From: Setoptus koraiensis
Lineage: Eukaryota > Animalia > Arthropoda
Assembly: GCA_048013815.1 (NCBI GenBank)
Contig: CM106586.1
Coordinates: 2,046,001-2,110,000 of the forward strand
Length of the DNA: 64,000 nucleotides
Direction: 5' to 3'
Below the pieces are notes generated by a model that was not told the DNA's origin, did no database searches, and was given only the letters and a program-made list of their open reading frames with translations. A program made the translations under genes and the position numbers. This document shows positions 1-10,519 of the stretch, piece by piece. The number at the start of each line of letters is the position of its first letter. Position 1 is the stretch's first letter.

Positions 1-1
1 C

Positions 2-1372
2 TATGTCAGTTCCTATGCCTCTTTTTTCTAAATTATGAGCACATCTTCCAATATTGTCTAGTAACGGAGTGAATTTGGTGTGGTATTGTCTGTTACATTC
101 TTTCAAGAGTTGAGCTTCGACAGTATCACAAAAGCAGCTACATATACCATGCGTTGTGAAGTGAACCGGATGATAATCGGTGTTGTTCGACAACACATTG
201 CATGGGTTATTGATGTAGACTGTCAACTCAAACACATCGGCGGTTACTCCCACTGTTCCCGCTACAATTAATGATGTTAGTAATAATAGGCTCTTGACTC
301 CCATCATGTCTCTTAAATTCACAAACTGATTTCTAGCTAACGGTTTGGTTAATATATCCGCTATTTGTCGTGATGTTTCAATATACTTGACTTTGACTTT
401 CTGTTCTTCTATGGCTACACGAATAAACATATATTTAACATCAATAAGTTTGATCTTTGTATGTATCTGTTGATTAACTATTAGTTTTATCGCACTTTGA
501 CTATCTAAATATAGATTGATAGGATTTGTCATTTCTCGACCAAGCTCACTTAATAACTGTCTAACCCAAATGAGATTACTACAAGCTAAGCTAGCAGCGA
601 TGAATTCAGCATTTGTGGTTGACGTTGCCGTTGTCGTTTGCTTTGTTGAACGCCAAACTACTGGTGCTCCATTGAGCATGACAATTATACCACTAGTTGA
701 CTTCTTCGTATCTAAGTCTCCGGCGAAGTCGGAGTCAGAGTAGGATTCAAAGTGAAAGTTCTCACCCTTATTGTAATGCAATCCTATGTCTGATGTAGCT
801 TTCAAATATCGGAAGATCCTCTTCACTCCCGCCCAGTGGGATGGCTTGACACAATCAGCATAGCTGGCTAATTTTGACACTGCATAGCTTATGTCTGGTC
901 TTGTGCCATTGCTTACATAAATGAGGGATCCAATTGCTTCTTTATATGGAACTATAACTTCTTTCTCCACGTGATCTAAGGACAAACCATTTTTGCAATA
1001 CTTTTGGTTGTGCTCCATAGGAGTGGATGCATCCTTAGCGTTGCTTAACTCAAATCTTGCGATCATCTTTCTTATGTAGTAGCGTTGATTGACAATCATG
1101 TCTCGATTTTTTCTGTCTCGATAGATTTCCAATCCAACGAAACAACTCGGATCCATAATGGACACCTCAAATTTCGTCTTGAGGAAGTTGGTTATTTTAT
1201 CCAGCAGTTGGATATTATTGCTACACACTAATCCGTCATCTACGTACAAGACTAATATAAGGGTGATCTTGTCTCTATCATCCTTTCTTACCATGATGCA
1301 ATTATCTTTGTACAACGGCTGCAGCTCAAATGTCTTCAGAAAAGAAACAAACGTACAGTTCACTTCATACGT
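2..1372 (-). mobile_element. Ty1/copia element A: RT C-terminal half + RNase H, reading in frame into an env-like extension; runs off window start
   Basis: Hand translation of the minus frame is stop-free from 1399 to the window edge (so absent from the ORF track). Motifs: LYVDDG, YKEAIGSLIYVSNGTRPDISYAVS, YSDSDFAGD, ADILTKPL, then KSLLLLTSLIVAGTVGVTA...NNPC...EKRGIGTDI. Confidence 0.93.
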
Positions 1373-1900
1373 TACTGAGCTGTTATACACATTCAGTGTT
1401 TACTGGGTACAGTTCATATTCCAACACACACGAACACACAAACCAATGAGCAATTGAAGACAATGCCTCAAGCGGACCAATTAACGCTATCGGGGCAACT
1501 CTGGACAATTTGGCGATAAATGCGAGAAATCCGAACAAACAGTCGACGAAACTGATGATCAGATTGCTAACGCCGACACGATAAACAGAGCAATCAGGCC
1601 AACGTACTCATATATACTTTAAATCCTATCTTACTTAGCATCATTGAGTGGGTCCTGGGTGTGAGGGCCATGGTTAAAATATCGGCTTTCTGGTCTTCTG
1701 ATTTGATATACTCTAGTCTGAATTCTCCTTTGTTAAATCTCTCTCTCACGTAGTGTACCTTGAGATCGATGTGCTTTGTTTTGCCGTGGAACTCAGGGTT
1801 TTTAATGAGCCGGAGAGCCGATTGGTTATCTATAAATAGTGTTGGTTGTCTGGTTTTTAAACCAAGTTCTCTAAACAGTGAGTTTAACCACGTAAGTTCA
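1365..1900 (-). mobile_element. Ty1/copia element B: RNase H C-terminus, 3' region and probable start of an LTR (TGTTGGAATATG at ~1425)
   Basis: Minus translation ELTWLNSLFRELG...FIDNQSALRLIKNPEFHGKTKHIDLKVHYVRE...KADILTMAL; differs from element A, so a separate copy. The LTR call is tentative. Confidence 0.85.
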
Positions 1901-2400
1901 NNNNNNNNNNNNNNNNNNNNNNNNNNNNNNNNNNNNNNNNNNNNNNNNNNNNNNNNNNNNNNNNNNNNNNNNNNNNNNNNNNNNNNNNNNNNNNNNNNNN
2001 NNNNNNNNNNNNNNNNNNNNNNNNNNNNNNNNNNNNNNNNNNNNNNNNNNNNNNNNNNNNNNNNNNNNNNNNNNNNNNNNNNNNNNNNNNNNNNNNNNNN
2101 NNNNNNNNNNNNNNNNNNNNNNNNNNNNNNNNNNNNNNNNNNNNNNNNNNNNNNNNNNNNNNNNNNNNNNNNNNNNNNNNNNNNNNNNNNNNNNNNNNNN
2201 NNNNNNNNNNNNNNNNNNNNNNNNNNNNNNNNNNNNNNNNNNNNNNNNNNNNNNNNNNNNNNNNNNNNNNNNNNNNNNNNNNNNNNNNNNNNNNNNNNNN
2301 NNNNNNNNNNNNNNNNNNNNNNNNNNNNNNNNNNNNNNNNNNNNNNNNNNNNNNNNNNNNNNNNNNNNNNNNNNNNNNNNNNNNNNNNNNNNNNNNNNNN
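1901..2400. other. Assembly gap (500 N)
   Basis: Run of N; ORF-track entries 1760..2470 and 1898..2413 are artefacts of it. Confidence 1.
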
Positions 2401-2410
2401 GAATCAGTAT

Positions 2411-2503
2411 CACTTGTCAGGATTTCGAATTTTCAATTTCGAATTGTTACCACCGAACTTCGAACACTGAACCACGAACATCGACGGAGCAGATGAAAAT
2501 ATT
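2411..2503 (+). repeat. TTCGAA-rich degenerate minisatellite (repeat C), copy 1
   Basis: Units like TTCGAATTGTTACCACCGAAC, also seen at 10520-10742 and 11609-11690. Confidence 0.7.
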
Positions 2504-3496
2504 GGGTGTCCTTCGGAATACGTACCAAGCCCGATTTCCTTCAAACTCCACAAAGGGGCCCCGAATGGGCCCCAGAGAACGTTGTTGATGGTCCGGAAGT
2601 GCGGAAATTCCTACTTCCGGAAATATAGAAAAATTCATTTTTCGGGCCTCAGAGGAGCCTCAGACCTGAAATTTTTGCATGTCTGTATAGATCTCGATAG
2701 AAGCATTGTGATTGTTGTCAATACCAAGATGAGTGACAGCCGGTTCGCTGGATATTCATAAATTACCTCATCAGTCACTTCCGGTTTGAGAAATATCGCA
2801 CTTAGTCTGGTTTGGTCGGCTCTCTCGCTAGATAAGGAACGCAACTCATATACAAGAATGAACGAAACCCGGTCCGATCGCGGGCCCCGCCCACTCGACT
2901 CCCAGTCCTCGGGAAGAATCTTTTTTGGTTTGGTGGCCGTCAGTCGTCCCGCCGGAGGCCGCAGGCCGTAGGCGTGGACGACTGGAGGCCGAACCCCTCC
3001 TCGGGCACGGCCCAAGATGCATGGAAGACGGAGGGGCTATTGTACTGCATTGAACCCTGGCCCTGAACCTTTATTAGTAGGAGGCCTGGCCGAGGCTAGG
3101 ACATCAGACTTCGCATGGGGTGGTATTCTTTTCTGGTGGTAAAACCGCAAAAGTTTGGGGATATATCCGTTTATTGATTATGCGCTGTTTCAATTCGTGC
3201 CGTGCGCATTGGTCATGCCTCTTAGGTTTGACCGCTTTTATCTTCTACCTGGAGCTTCTAGGTACAATCTACCCTCGGTATGAAGACGTTACTACCCTAC
3301 CCGAAGTCCGTGCGGGTGGGTACGGCCGATTATACCGTCAATATGCCCTCAAATACCCTCGAATACCCAGAATACCCTCGGTAACGAAGAATTTCCGCAC
3401 TTCCGGAATACCTTTTCCGGTCTCAGGGCACCATAATCTACCCAAAAATACCCAAAATACCCAAATTGGACGTGGTACGTATTCCGAAGAACAACC
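2504..3496 (+). mobile_element. Non-autonomous DNA transposon, family B copy 1 (GG..CC ends)
   Basis: Left end GGGTGTCCTTCGGAATACGTACCA; right end (rc) GGTTGTTCTTCGGAATACGTACCA. Collinear with B2. Flanks AAAATATT / AAAATCTG match 6 of 8 (degenerate TSD). Confidence 0.85.
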
Positions 3497-3679
3497 AAAA
3501 TCTGAGACATTTTGATTTATTTTGTCACACTCTATAGCTGCTTTGAACAGACCAAACGAATTATTCTCATAGCATACCGCACACAGGTCGCGCGATATAA
3601 CACAGAGTGCGCCTTTGCTGACTTTTTGTGTCTCGAAAAATTATTCATTGTGACTAAATCGGGTATTCTAAATTCACCA

Positions 3680-4790
3680 AATTTTGTACGCAAGCAGTCA
3701 ACATGTGTATCTAGCTATATTGAAAATCTGAGGCACGTAGATCTTTTCTCCCAAGTCTCGCGGACTCGCTTCAAATAGCTCATTCGGGTGTTCTTGCGAT
3801 TAGGTCCCAGCGCCGATCATCACGAAACTTGACACACGGGCCCCGCAGGGGCCCCACATCATGGATTAGGTGGTCCGGAAGTGCGGAAACTTCTGGTTCC
3901 GGTTTTACATGAAGTTAAAGCTAGAGCTCTGAACATTGAGAATCAGGTAGATGACCTCCAGCGGAGCAGGATGGAATCTAAATCAATCCGGTATCACTTC
4001 CGGTTTGCTAGATATCAAGGTTCAACTGAAATTAGAGGTGCGGCCGGGCCTGTGCGGTTGCGGCAAGCGGGCCCATACTGTGCACAGACTGCGCAACACC
4101 ATGTATTAGCATGTAATTCAGTTGTTCCTACTTGTCTCATCCTTATTTTTTATTCGCCCCTTCATTTGTGGGTGGATTGCAGTCATGTAAGCGGAGGGTA
4201 GAGGGCGCAGCCCGAAACCCGAAGCGCTCATCAACCCTACCCGAAGGGTTCCCGTCGCACGCAGTCGTCGCGGGAGCGGCGACGGAGATGTGACGGCCTC
4301 CAGAATACGAGGCCGAAGGCCGAGTTCTAAGAACAATTGCAGGCTCATCCCTGAGTGTAGCGAAGCATGAATTTGGCAATTTCCGGTCTCTCAACTCTTG
4401 GAATATCGCTATAACCAGAGAACCGGAAGTGGTAAAGAGCTAAAACTTATGTCATTGTGTTGATCGTCATCTGGAACGTCATTCTGATGAGTTTCAACTC
4501 TCTAGAAGCAACTTAAGGTAAAACCGGAACCGGAAGTTTCCGCACTTCCGGACCACTTTTCCTGATGGTTTTGGGTCAAGATGAACCTGTACCGGAAGTT
4601 TCATCATAATCGGCGCTGGGACCTAATCGCTAGAACAACCGCTCATTCATACATTGAAGTAGCAAACAACATAGATCGTGCGTCTTACAGCACATACTGT
4701 GCCATCGCCCTCGGTGTACTTATCTAGATGGTTATCTCCGACATGTCATTACATACTCGCTTCTATATTCTTATCATACTTGTCCATCCA
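3680..4790 (+). repeat. Dispersed repeat D, split by element E1; inverted copy at ~10255-10430
   Basis: TACGCAAGCAGTCAACATGTGTATC (~3690) and TTATCTCCGACATGTCATTACATACTCGC (~4735) match the reverse complement of 10255-10430. Confidence 0.6.
3786..4640 (+). mobile_element. Non-autonomous DNA transposon, family E copy 1
   Basis: Perfect 8-bp TSD GCTCATTC (3778-3785, 4641-4648); ~45-bp imperfect TIRs with core GCGATTAGGTCCCAGCGCCGAT; subterminal CCGGAAGTGCGGAAACTT boxes. Confidence 0.92.
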
Positions 4791-4826
4791 AAAAATTGAG
4801 CGCTCGAGATACTGACATAATCAGTA

Positions 4827-7010
4827 TCACTTGTTTAAACGCGATACATGGGCGGTAATTCGTTGTTGTCTCTTGCGCTCTGCTCCTGCGTATTCTAGCA
4901 CATAGATGTCGCGTGGCTTCCTCACTATCACTTCGTACAGACCGACAAACTTTTCTACAAACTTCACTGAGCCTCTGTTTGCCCGAGGCTCAAAATAGAC
5001 CCTGACTATCTCACCAAGTTGGAAGCTCGCATCCATGTGGTGACTGTCGTGAATTTTTTTGGCTGCTCTATTTGTTTTCGTTGTCGATTCGGCGGCTGCT
5101 TTGCGAATCATTTCGAGCCTCGTGCTTAGTGACTCGTAGTAATTGGTTTCGTCGTCAAATGCGCTGATGGGCTCGTTTGGCAGCCGTAGCCGTCTCCCGA
5201 AGAGTATCTCGTATGGCGAGAATTTAGTTGTTGTGTGGCGGATGGCGTTGGTGCTTAGTATGCTCATGTCGACTTGCTCGTCCCAGTTTGATGAGCCGTC
5301 GATTGCCATAGCTAGTTTATCTTTGAAAGATTGTATAGCCCGCTCCACCACCGCGTTTCCTTGGTGGTGGTGTGGCGTAGATAGTTGCAACTCTGCTCCC
5401 AGTGAACCGAGTGTTTGCTTTACGACCTCTGCCCTAAAACAACTCGCGTTGTCCGCCAGGAACATTAGTGGGACCCCGTGGTACGCCACTATTTGTTCTT
5501 TGATAAACTTAATTACTGTTTTTGCTGATGTTGTCGCTACAGCCTGTGCAAACACGAACTTGCTGAAGACGTCGATGCCTATCAACACATGTCGGTTTGC
5601 ATTCGGGGTGTTGTAGCGAATAGTGCCACACTCAGATTTCCACCAAACTTCACACATGGGGCCCTTGGGGCCCCCAAACAACGGATTCGCTGGTCCGGAA
5701 GTGCGGAAACTTCCGGTTCTGGTTTTACACAAAATTCAAGCTAGAGCTATGGAACTTGATATGCAGCAGGATATGAACATTCTGAGTACAATGGAGTTCA
5801 TTTTACGTGTGTGCGGCTTCCGGTTGCGGAGATATTCAGGAAAAACAGCGCGGGTATCCCGCTCGGGACGAAACATCCGCGCGCACGAGTAAATACGTGC
5901 GCCCTAGAGGCTCCGATATGTCGCCACACAAGATGGCACAGCGCTACATCAGTGCTTATGTTCCGAGGCTTTTAACATTTCTTCTAGTCTCTTACTCTCG
6001 TCTATGGTTTGCAGTCATGTGAGCGGAGGGCTGAGGGCGAAGCCAGAAACCCGAAACCCGAAGCGCTCATCAACCCTACCCGAAGGGTTCCCGTCGCACG
6101 CAGTCGTCGCGGGAGCGACGACGGAGATGTGACGGCCTCCAAATTACGAGGCCGCAGGCCGAATTCTCAGACCCACCGCAGGTTCATCCCCGAGTGCAGC
6201 GAAGCTGAAATTCGTCAACTTCCGGTCTTCCTGACCAATAAATATGCCGATATCTCGAGAACCGGAAGTCGCACCGAGCTGAAAATTATGCCATTGTATT
6301 CAGCGTCCTTTGGAAGGCTAGTATGGTGATTTTCAGACCTCTAGCTCTAACTTGAGGTAAAACCAGAACCGGAAGTTTCCGCACTTCCGGACCACTTTTT
6401 TCGTTCTATTGAGGTCAATATGAACCTATACCGAAAGTTTCATCAGAATCTGAGTGTGGCACTATTCGCTACAACAACCTGCATTCGTTGTCTCCGGCAG
6501 TGGTCCGAGGAAATCTAGGGCGATCATTTGCATCGGTTCGTGCACATTGAACGAGTGCATGAGGCCCTGTGGTGCCTTTATGGGCACCTCAAATCGCTGG
6601 CAGACGATGCACTCTTTGACGTTCTTCGCCACGTCTTCTTTGAGATTTTTCCAGTATTACTTGGCTTTCACAAGGTTTTGCGTTCGGTCGATCCCTGGAT
6701 GGCCATTGCTGTGGCTGTCCTTCATGACCTGTTCTCTGTAATTTATTGGCACATACAAAAGGCCGTTTTTGTATATGTACCCGTTGTCAATCCTTATCGA
6801 CGTGTCGTTGCCGACGTTCGCCGTCAGCTCGACTGCCTCCGCGTCTGCGTCATAGGACTTGCGATAGTCGGCTAACGGTACCAGTACAAAGCAAAATCTG
6901 TCGTCGTCCAGATTATCTTTGTACTGGCACTGTGGCTGGCGCGTCAGGCAGTCGGCCTCGCAGTGCTTTTCGCCAGATTGGTGCTTTATGTTTAATTTGT
7001 ACTCTGGAGA
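4827..7010 (-). mobile_element. Ty3/gypsy pol fragment (RNase H end + integrase), split by E2, one in-frame stop
   Basis: KHQSGEKHCEADCLTR; zinc finger HSNGHPG...CIVC; IALDFLGPLP joins in frame across E2 to NRHVLIGIDVFSK, LADNASCF, HHQGNAVVER, and GPY/F-like FVGLYEV. TAA at ~6657-6659. Confidence 0.93.
5606..6479 (+). mobile_element. Family E copy 2, inserted in the gypsy integrase
   Basis: Perfect TSD TGCATTCG (5598-5605, 6480-6487); TIR core GTAGCGAATAGTGCCACACTCAGATT at both ends. Confidence 0.93.
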
Positions 7011-7044
7011 TAGTTTCTTGCGTAGTAATGTGTGACAGACACGA

Positions 7045-7300
7045 AAAATTGATCAGACCTGCACAGATTGTGGATGGCATAGTGCTAGCTTTCTCTAGGA
7101 AGTTTCAGGGATTTATCCTGGTGAGAACGATTTCGAAAATGGCTCATACTCAATTACCCCTTGTGCCCTAAAATGGCCTATGGCGCCAATACCAGAAACA
7201 GAAAATTGATTAGACTTGCACAGATCGTGTATGGCACAGTGCTAGCTGTCTCTAGGAAGTTTCAAGAATTTATCCTGGTGGGAACAGTTTCAACAATGGA
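7045..7300 (+). repeat. Diverged ~100-bp direct repeat (period ~157 bp), each copy ending in an ATG
   Basis: AAAATTGATCAGACCTGCACAGATTGTGGATGGCATAGTGCTAGC...AAAATGG versus AAAATTGATTAGACTTGCACAGATCGTGTATGGCACAGTGCTAGC...ACAATGG. Confidence 0.8.
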
Positions 7301-10115
7301 TAGCTTCGCAACCAGTAGTATTAGCGATGCTTGCGACGAAATAGTCACACCACAGGTGGCTCCTGATGGTGCAGAGAGAGACCAAAATGTATATAATCCT
7401 GTAAATAATGATGTAAATACTGTTAGTGATGTGCAGATGGCTCCTGCAACATCCGAGACGCAAGGTGCTACAGCAGCAGATGGATCTAGTGACCAACCCA
7501 CCACTAGCAGGGGTTCTTCTCCTCATACGAAAGACCCGTCTATGGCCAGAAAAGCCGCGAAGGCCGATCCAAGTGATCCCGATTATTTTTGGATCTCTCC
7601 CTTGTACAACAATAATCCACTTAACGTGGCATTTAATAGAGTTTCCATGCTTAGTCAACCTGTGAATGATTTGACCGATGATCTCTGCGATAACTTCGCT
7701 CTGATGGCTCACAATTATTTCAATAGTCCCGAGCTCAGGAAGGATCTTGATGTCGGCTATGAGCATGTAAGAACAGTAAGGTTTATGCCCATTCACACCT
7801 TCTGAAAGCCAGTAGATCCGATATTGACGAAGCACTATGATTGCCTTTGCTGGCTCATACGTGACGGCCGGAGCCGTGCAGACCCGTGCCTTGTCTGTTG
7901 CTTCTATGGTGAACATCATGTTGGTTGGCGTGAGAAGATAGGTGCCAGATTTAAGCGTGGGCGACCAACACCAGGCGGTCAAACAATACTCCAACTTGTA
8001 GCAATAATAGGCACAGTCTCCACGCCCATGCTTTATAATATACCGGTGCGGATGAGAGACGCAATATCTCTTAAGATCACGGGCGACAACACCATAACTC
8101 AAAGGCTTCAGCTTCTGAACCGACAGCCCGTTGTTCAAGCTGTGGTAGTATACTATAGCCTACTATAGTGATGGATACTTTGAGTTGGCCTGGCTCATAA
8201 GTGGATTTGAGCATTTCATGAAAATGTATGCTCCAACAAGGGAACTTGCTAGCGAGGGGCCGAGATCTGTGAAACCACATTTCGCACGCAGTCTGCCTCC
8301 AAGTGATGCATGGGTTACTACGTACATGTCTGACGACACGTATTACCAGATAAACCGCATAAGAAAGCACGTGGGTTGTTCCATCGAACAGCGACCACGC
8401 CCAATTTAGGTATTTTGGGTATTTTTGGGTAGGGTATTGTACCCTGATACCCGAACAGGTATTCCGGAAGTGCGGAAATTCTTCGTTACCGAGATACCCG
8501 AGGTACCGCATACTAGGTATATTAGGGTATTTGAGTGCATATTGACGGTATAATCGGCCGTACCTTCCCGCACGGACATCGGGTAGGGTACTAACGTTTT
8601 CATACCAAGGGTAGATTGTACCTAGAAGCTCCAGGTAGGAAATAAGAGCGGTCAAACTCAAGAGGCGTGACCAATGCACACGGCACGAATTGAAACCGTG
8701 CACAATCACTAAAGGGATATACCCCCAAACTTTTGGGATTCCACCACCGGGAAAGAGTAACACCCCAGGCGAAGCCTGACGTCATAGCCTCGGCCAGGAC
8801 TCCTACTAATAAAGGTTCAGGGCCAGAGTTCAAGGCTGTACAATAGCCCTTCCGTCTGCCATTCATCTTGGGCCCTGGCCGGAGGAGGGGTTCGGCCTCC
8901 AGTCGTCCACGCCTACGGCCTGCGGCCTCCGGCGGGACGACTGACGGCCACCAAACTAAAAAAGATGCTTCCAGAGGACTGGGAGTCGAATGGGCGGGGC
9001 CCGTGATCGGGCCGGCTTTCTATCATATAGGGTGTGGACTTGCTTTAGAGACCGTAACTAGTTGGTAGTACAGCCGAATCAGTTTTAGAACCGGAAGTGT
9101 GACTTGCGCTTATTGTAGAATATCTCGCGAACGAGTTGATGTAAAAGATTTATCTTTACGCTATCACATTGATAGCATGTGGATCTAGACAATCATACAA
9201 GAATTTGAGGTTTGAGGCCCCTCTGAGGCCCGAAAAATGCATTTTTCTATATCTCCGGAAGTAGAAATTTCCGCACTTCCGGACCACTTTATTTGTTCTT
9301 TGGGGCCCCTTTTGGGCTCCCGTGTTGAGTTTGAAGGAAATCGGGCTTGGTCGCTGTTCGATGGAACACCCAGCACGTGAGCTGTAATGCTCTTGAATAC
9401 CCAACCAGGCTGTTTGCCTATGGAGACAAGACAATTGATTCCGCAACTGTTGTTGACGAGTGCGATAGCGGGCTTGTTGATCCAAGTAGCACCTGCATAA
9501 AAGAGTGGAACCGAGCCTGTAAAGAGTATTTCAATGGATACCCGGGTTATGTCGTTAAGCCGTTGTTCGGACCTAACGTGCGTGATATTCCGGAGATGGT
9601 CACTAAAGTCGAGCCTGACTGTAAATTGATCCAGCCAGTAATTTACAATATTCATGTGTTCTGGGCCGTGTTCTCTACCCAGATCAGGTCTCAGGCCTGC
9701 ACAACAGTGGCGTTTTATAGCAACCATCAGCCCTGTATGCTCGCAGCTACGTTCTGCAAGGAACTGCGCTCCAAATTCCAAGCTCGCTACAGGTTTGGAG
9801 AACATTGTAACCTGTTCAACGACATTACATTTGGCCGGTTCTGTTATGTAATTGACAGAAGTGATAGATCTACTCCTTGTACAGGAAGGCCCTGGGAGCA
9901 ATTGATCCCTATGCTAACTATCGCATCCCGCCCAGATGCAGAGTTATTCCGAGAGTGATGACACTTCCTGCTTGATTGAGGAAGCTGTCGGCGCTGAGTT
10001 CAGGGACTACGCCAAATTTACTAGGGACGAAATCCAGTCCCTTGAAGTGCGACCGTCCATTAGGTCTGAACTGAATGACCGCTATGAGTACAGAGTGCCT
10101 GATGGTATCTTCTGA
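7296..10115 (+). pseudogene. Disrupted ~600-aa orphan ORF with a codon-aligned open antisense frame; candidate endogenous viral element
   Basis: ORF-track pieces 7161-7805, 7824-8168, 8185-8409 and 9347-9958 plus a tail (9921-10115) join after reading through one TGA (7803), removing a 10-bp duplication (8151-8160), removing B2 plus one TSD, and one +1 shift near 9915. No protein family recognised. Confidence 0.7.
8374..9371 (-). mobile_element. Family B copy 2, inserted in the orphan ORF
   Basis: Perfect TSD AGCACGTG (8366-8373, 9372-9379); TIR core TTCCATCGAACAGCGACCA at both ends; interior is the reverse complement of B1. Confidence 0.93.
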
Positions 10116-10254
10116 GCAACGGCATCCATATTGCCATCATATGTGAATAATTTTGTAAGCTCTCCTAGCCAGAGAGTACGCGTTACCCCTGGCCAGGGAA
10201 TGCTTATAGTTCAATACATGTACACTTTTCCCATCAATATATAAATGAACATAA

Positions 10255-10430
10255 CCAAAGGATAGACAAGTATCGTTGGAATATGGATGCGAGCATGTGA
10301 CAACATGTCGGAGATAAACATCTATGCCTGTCAGATCAGAGTAGCCGAAAAGATGACAGATAAAATACAAGTTCTCCAAATTCCTATCGCAGCATGATAC
10401 ACATGTCGATTGCTTGCGTACGGAATTTAG
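10255..10430 (-). repeat. Dispersed repeat D, inverted copy
   Basis: Reverse complement aligns by eye to 3690-3740 and 4730-4790. Confidence 0.55.
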
Positions 10431-10519
10431 TAGGATTCTAATGGTCAGTTTCGCCACAATGATTAATTTAGTTAGACACACCAATAAGTCGATGGCGCAC
10501 ACTTGGTTATAGTGCATCA

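Noticed and set aside
1760-2470. ORF-track entries spanning the N run
   Set aside because: Artefacts of translating the gap.
4175-4500. Self-cleaving ribozyme or 7SL-derived core (CTGATGAG at ~4483, GCGGAGGG, GCGAA, CGGGAGCG)
   Set aside because: The CTGATGAG is not conserved in other copies and lacks a paired GAAA; I could not build twister, HDV or SRP topologies by eye. An Infernal search is still worthwhile.
9440-9540. IKEWNRACKE resembling orthomyxovirus PA 'EFNKACE'
   Set aside because: Single short motif with no PA endonuclease motif recognisable; insufficient for a call.
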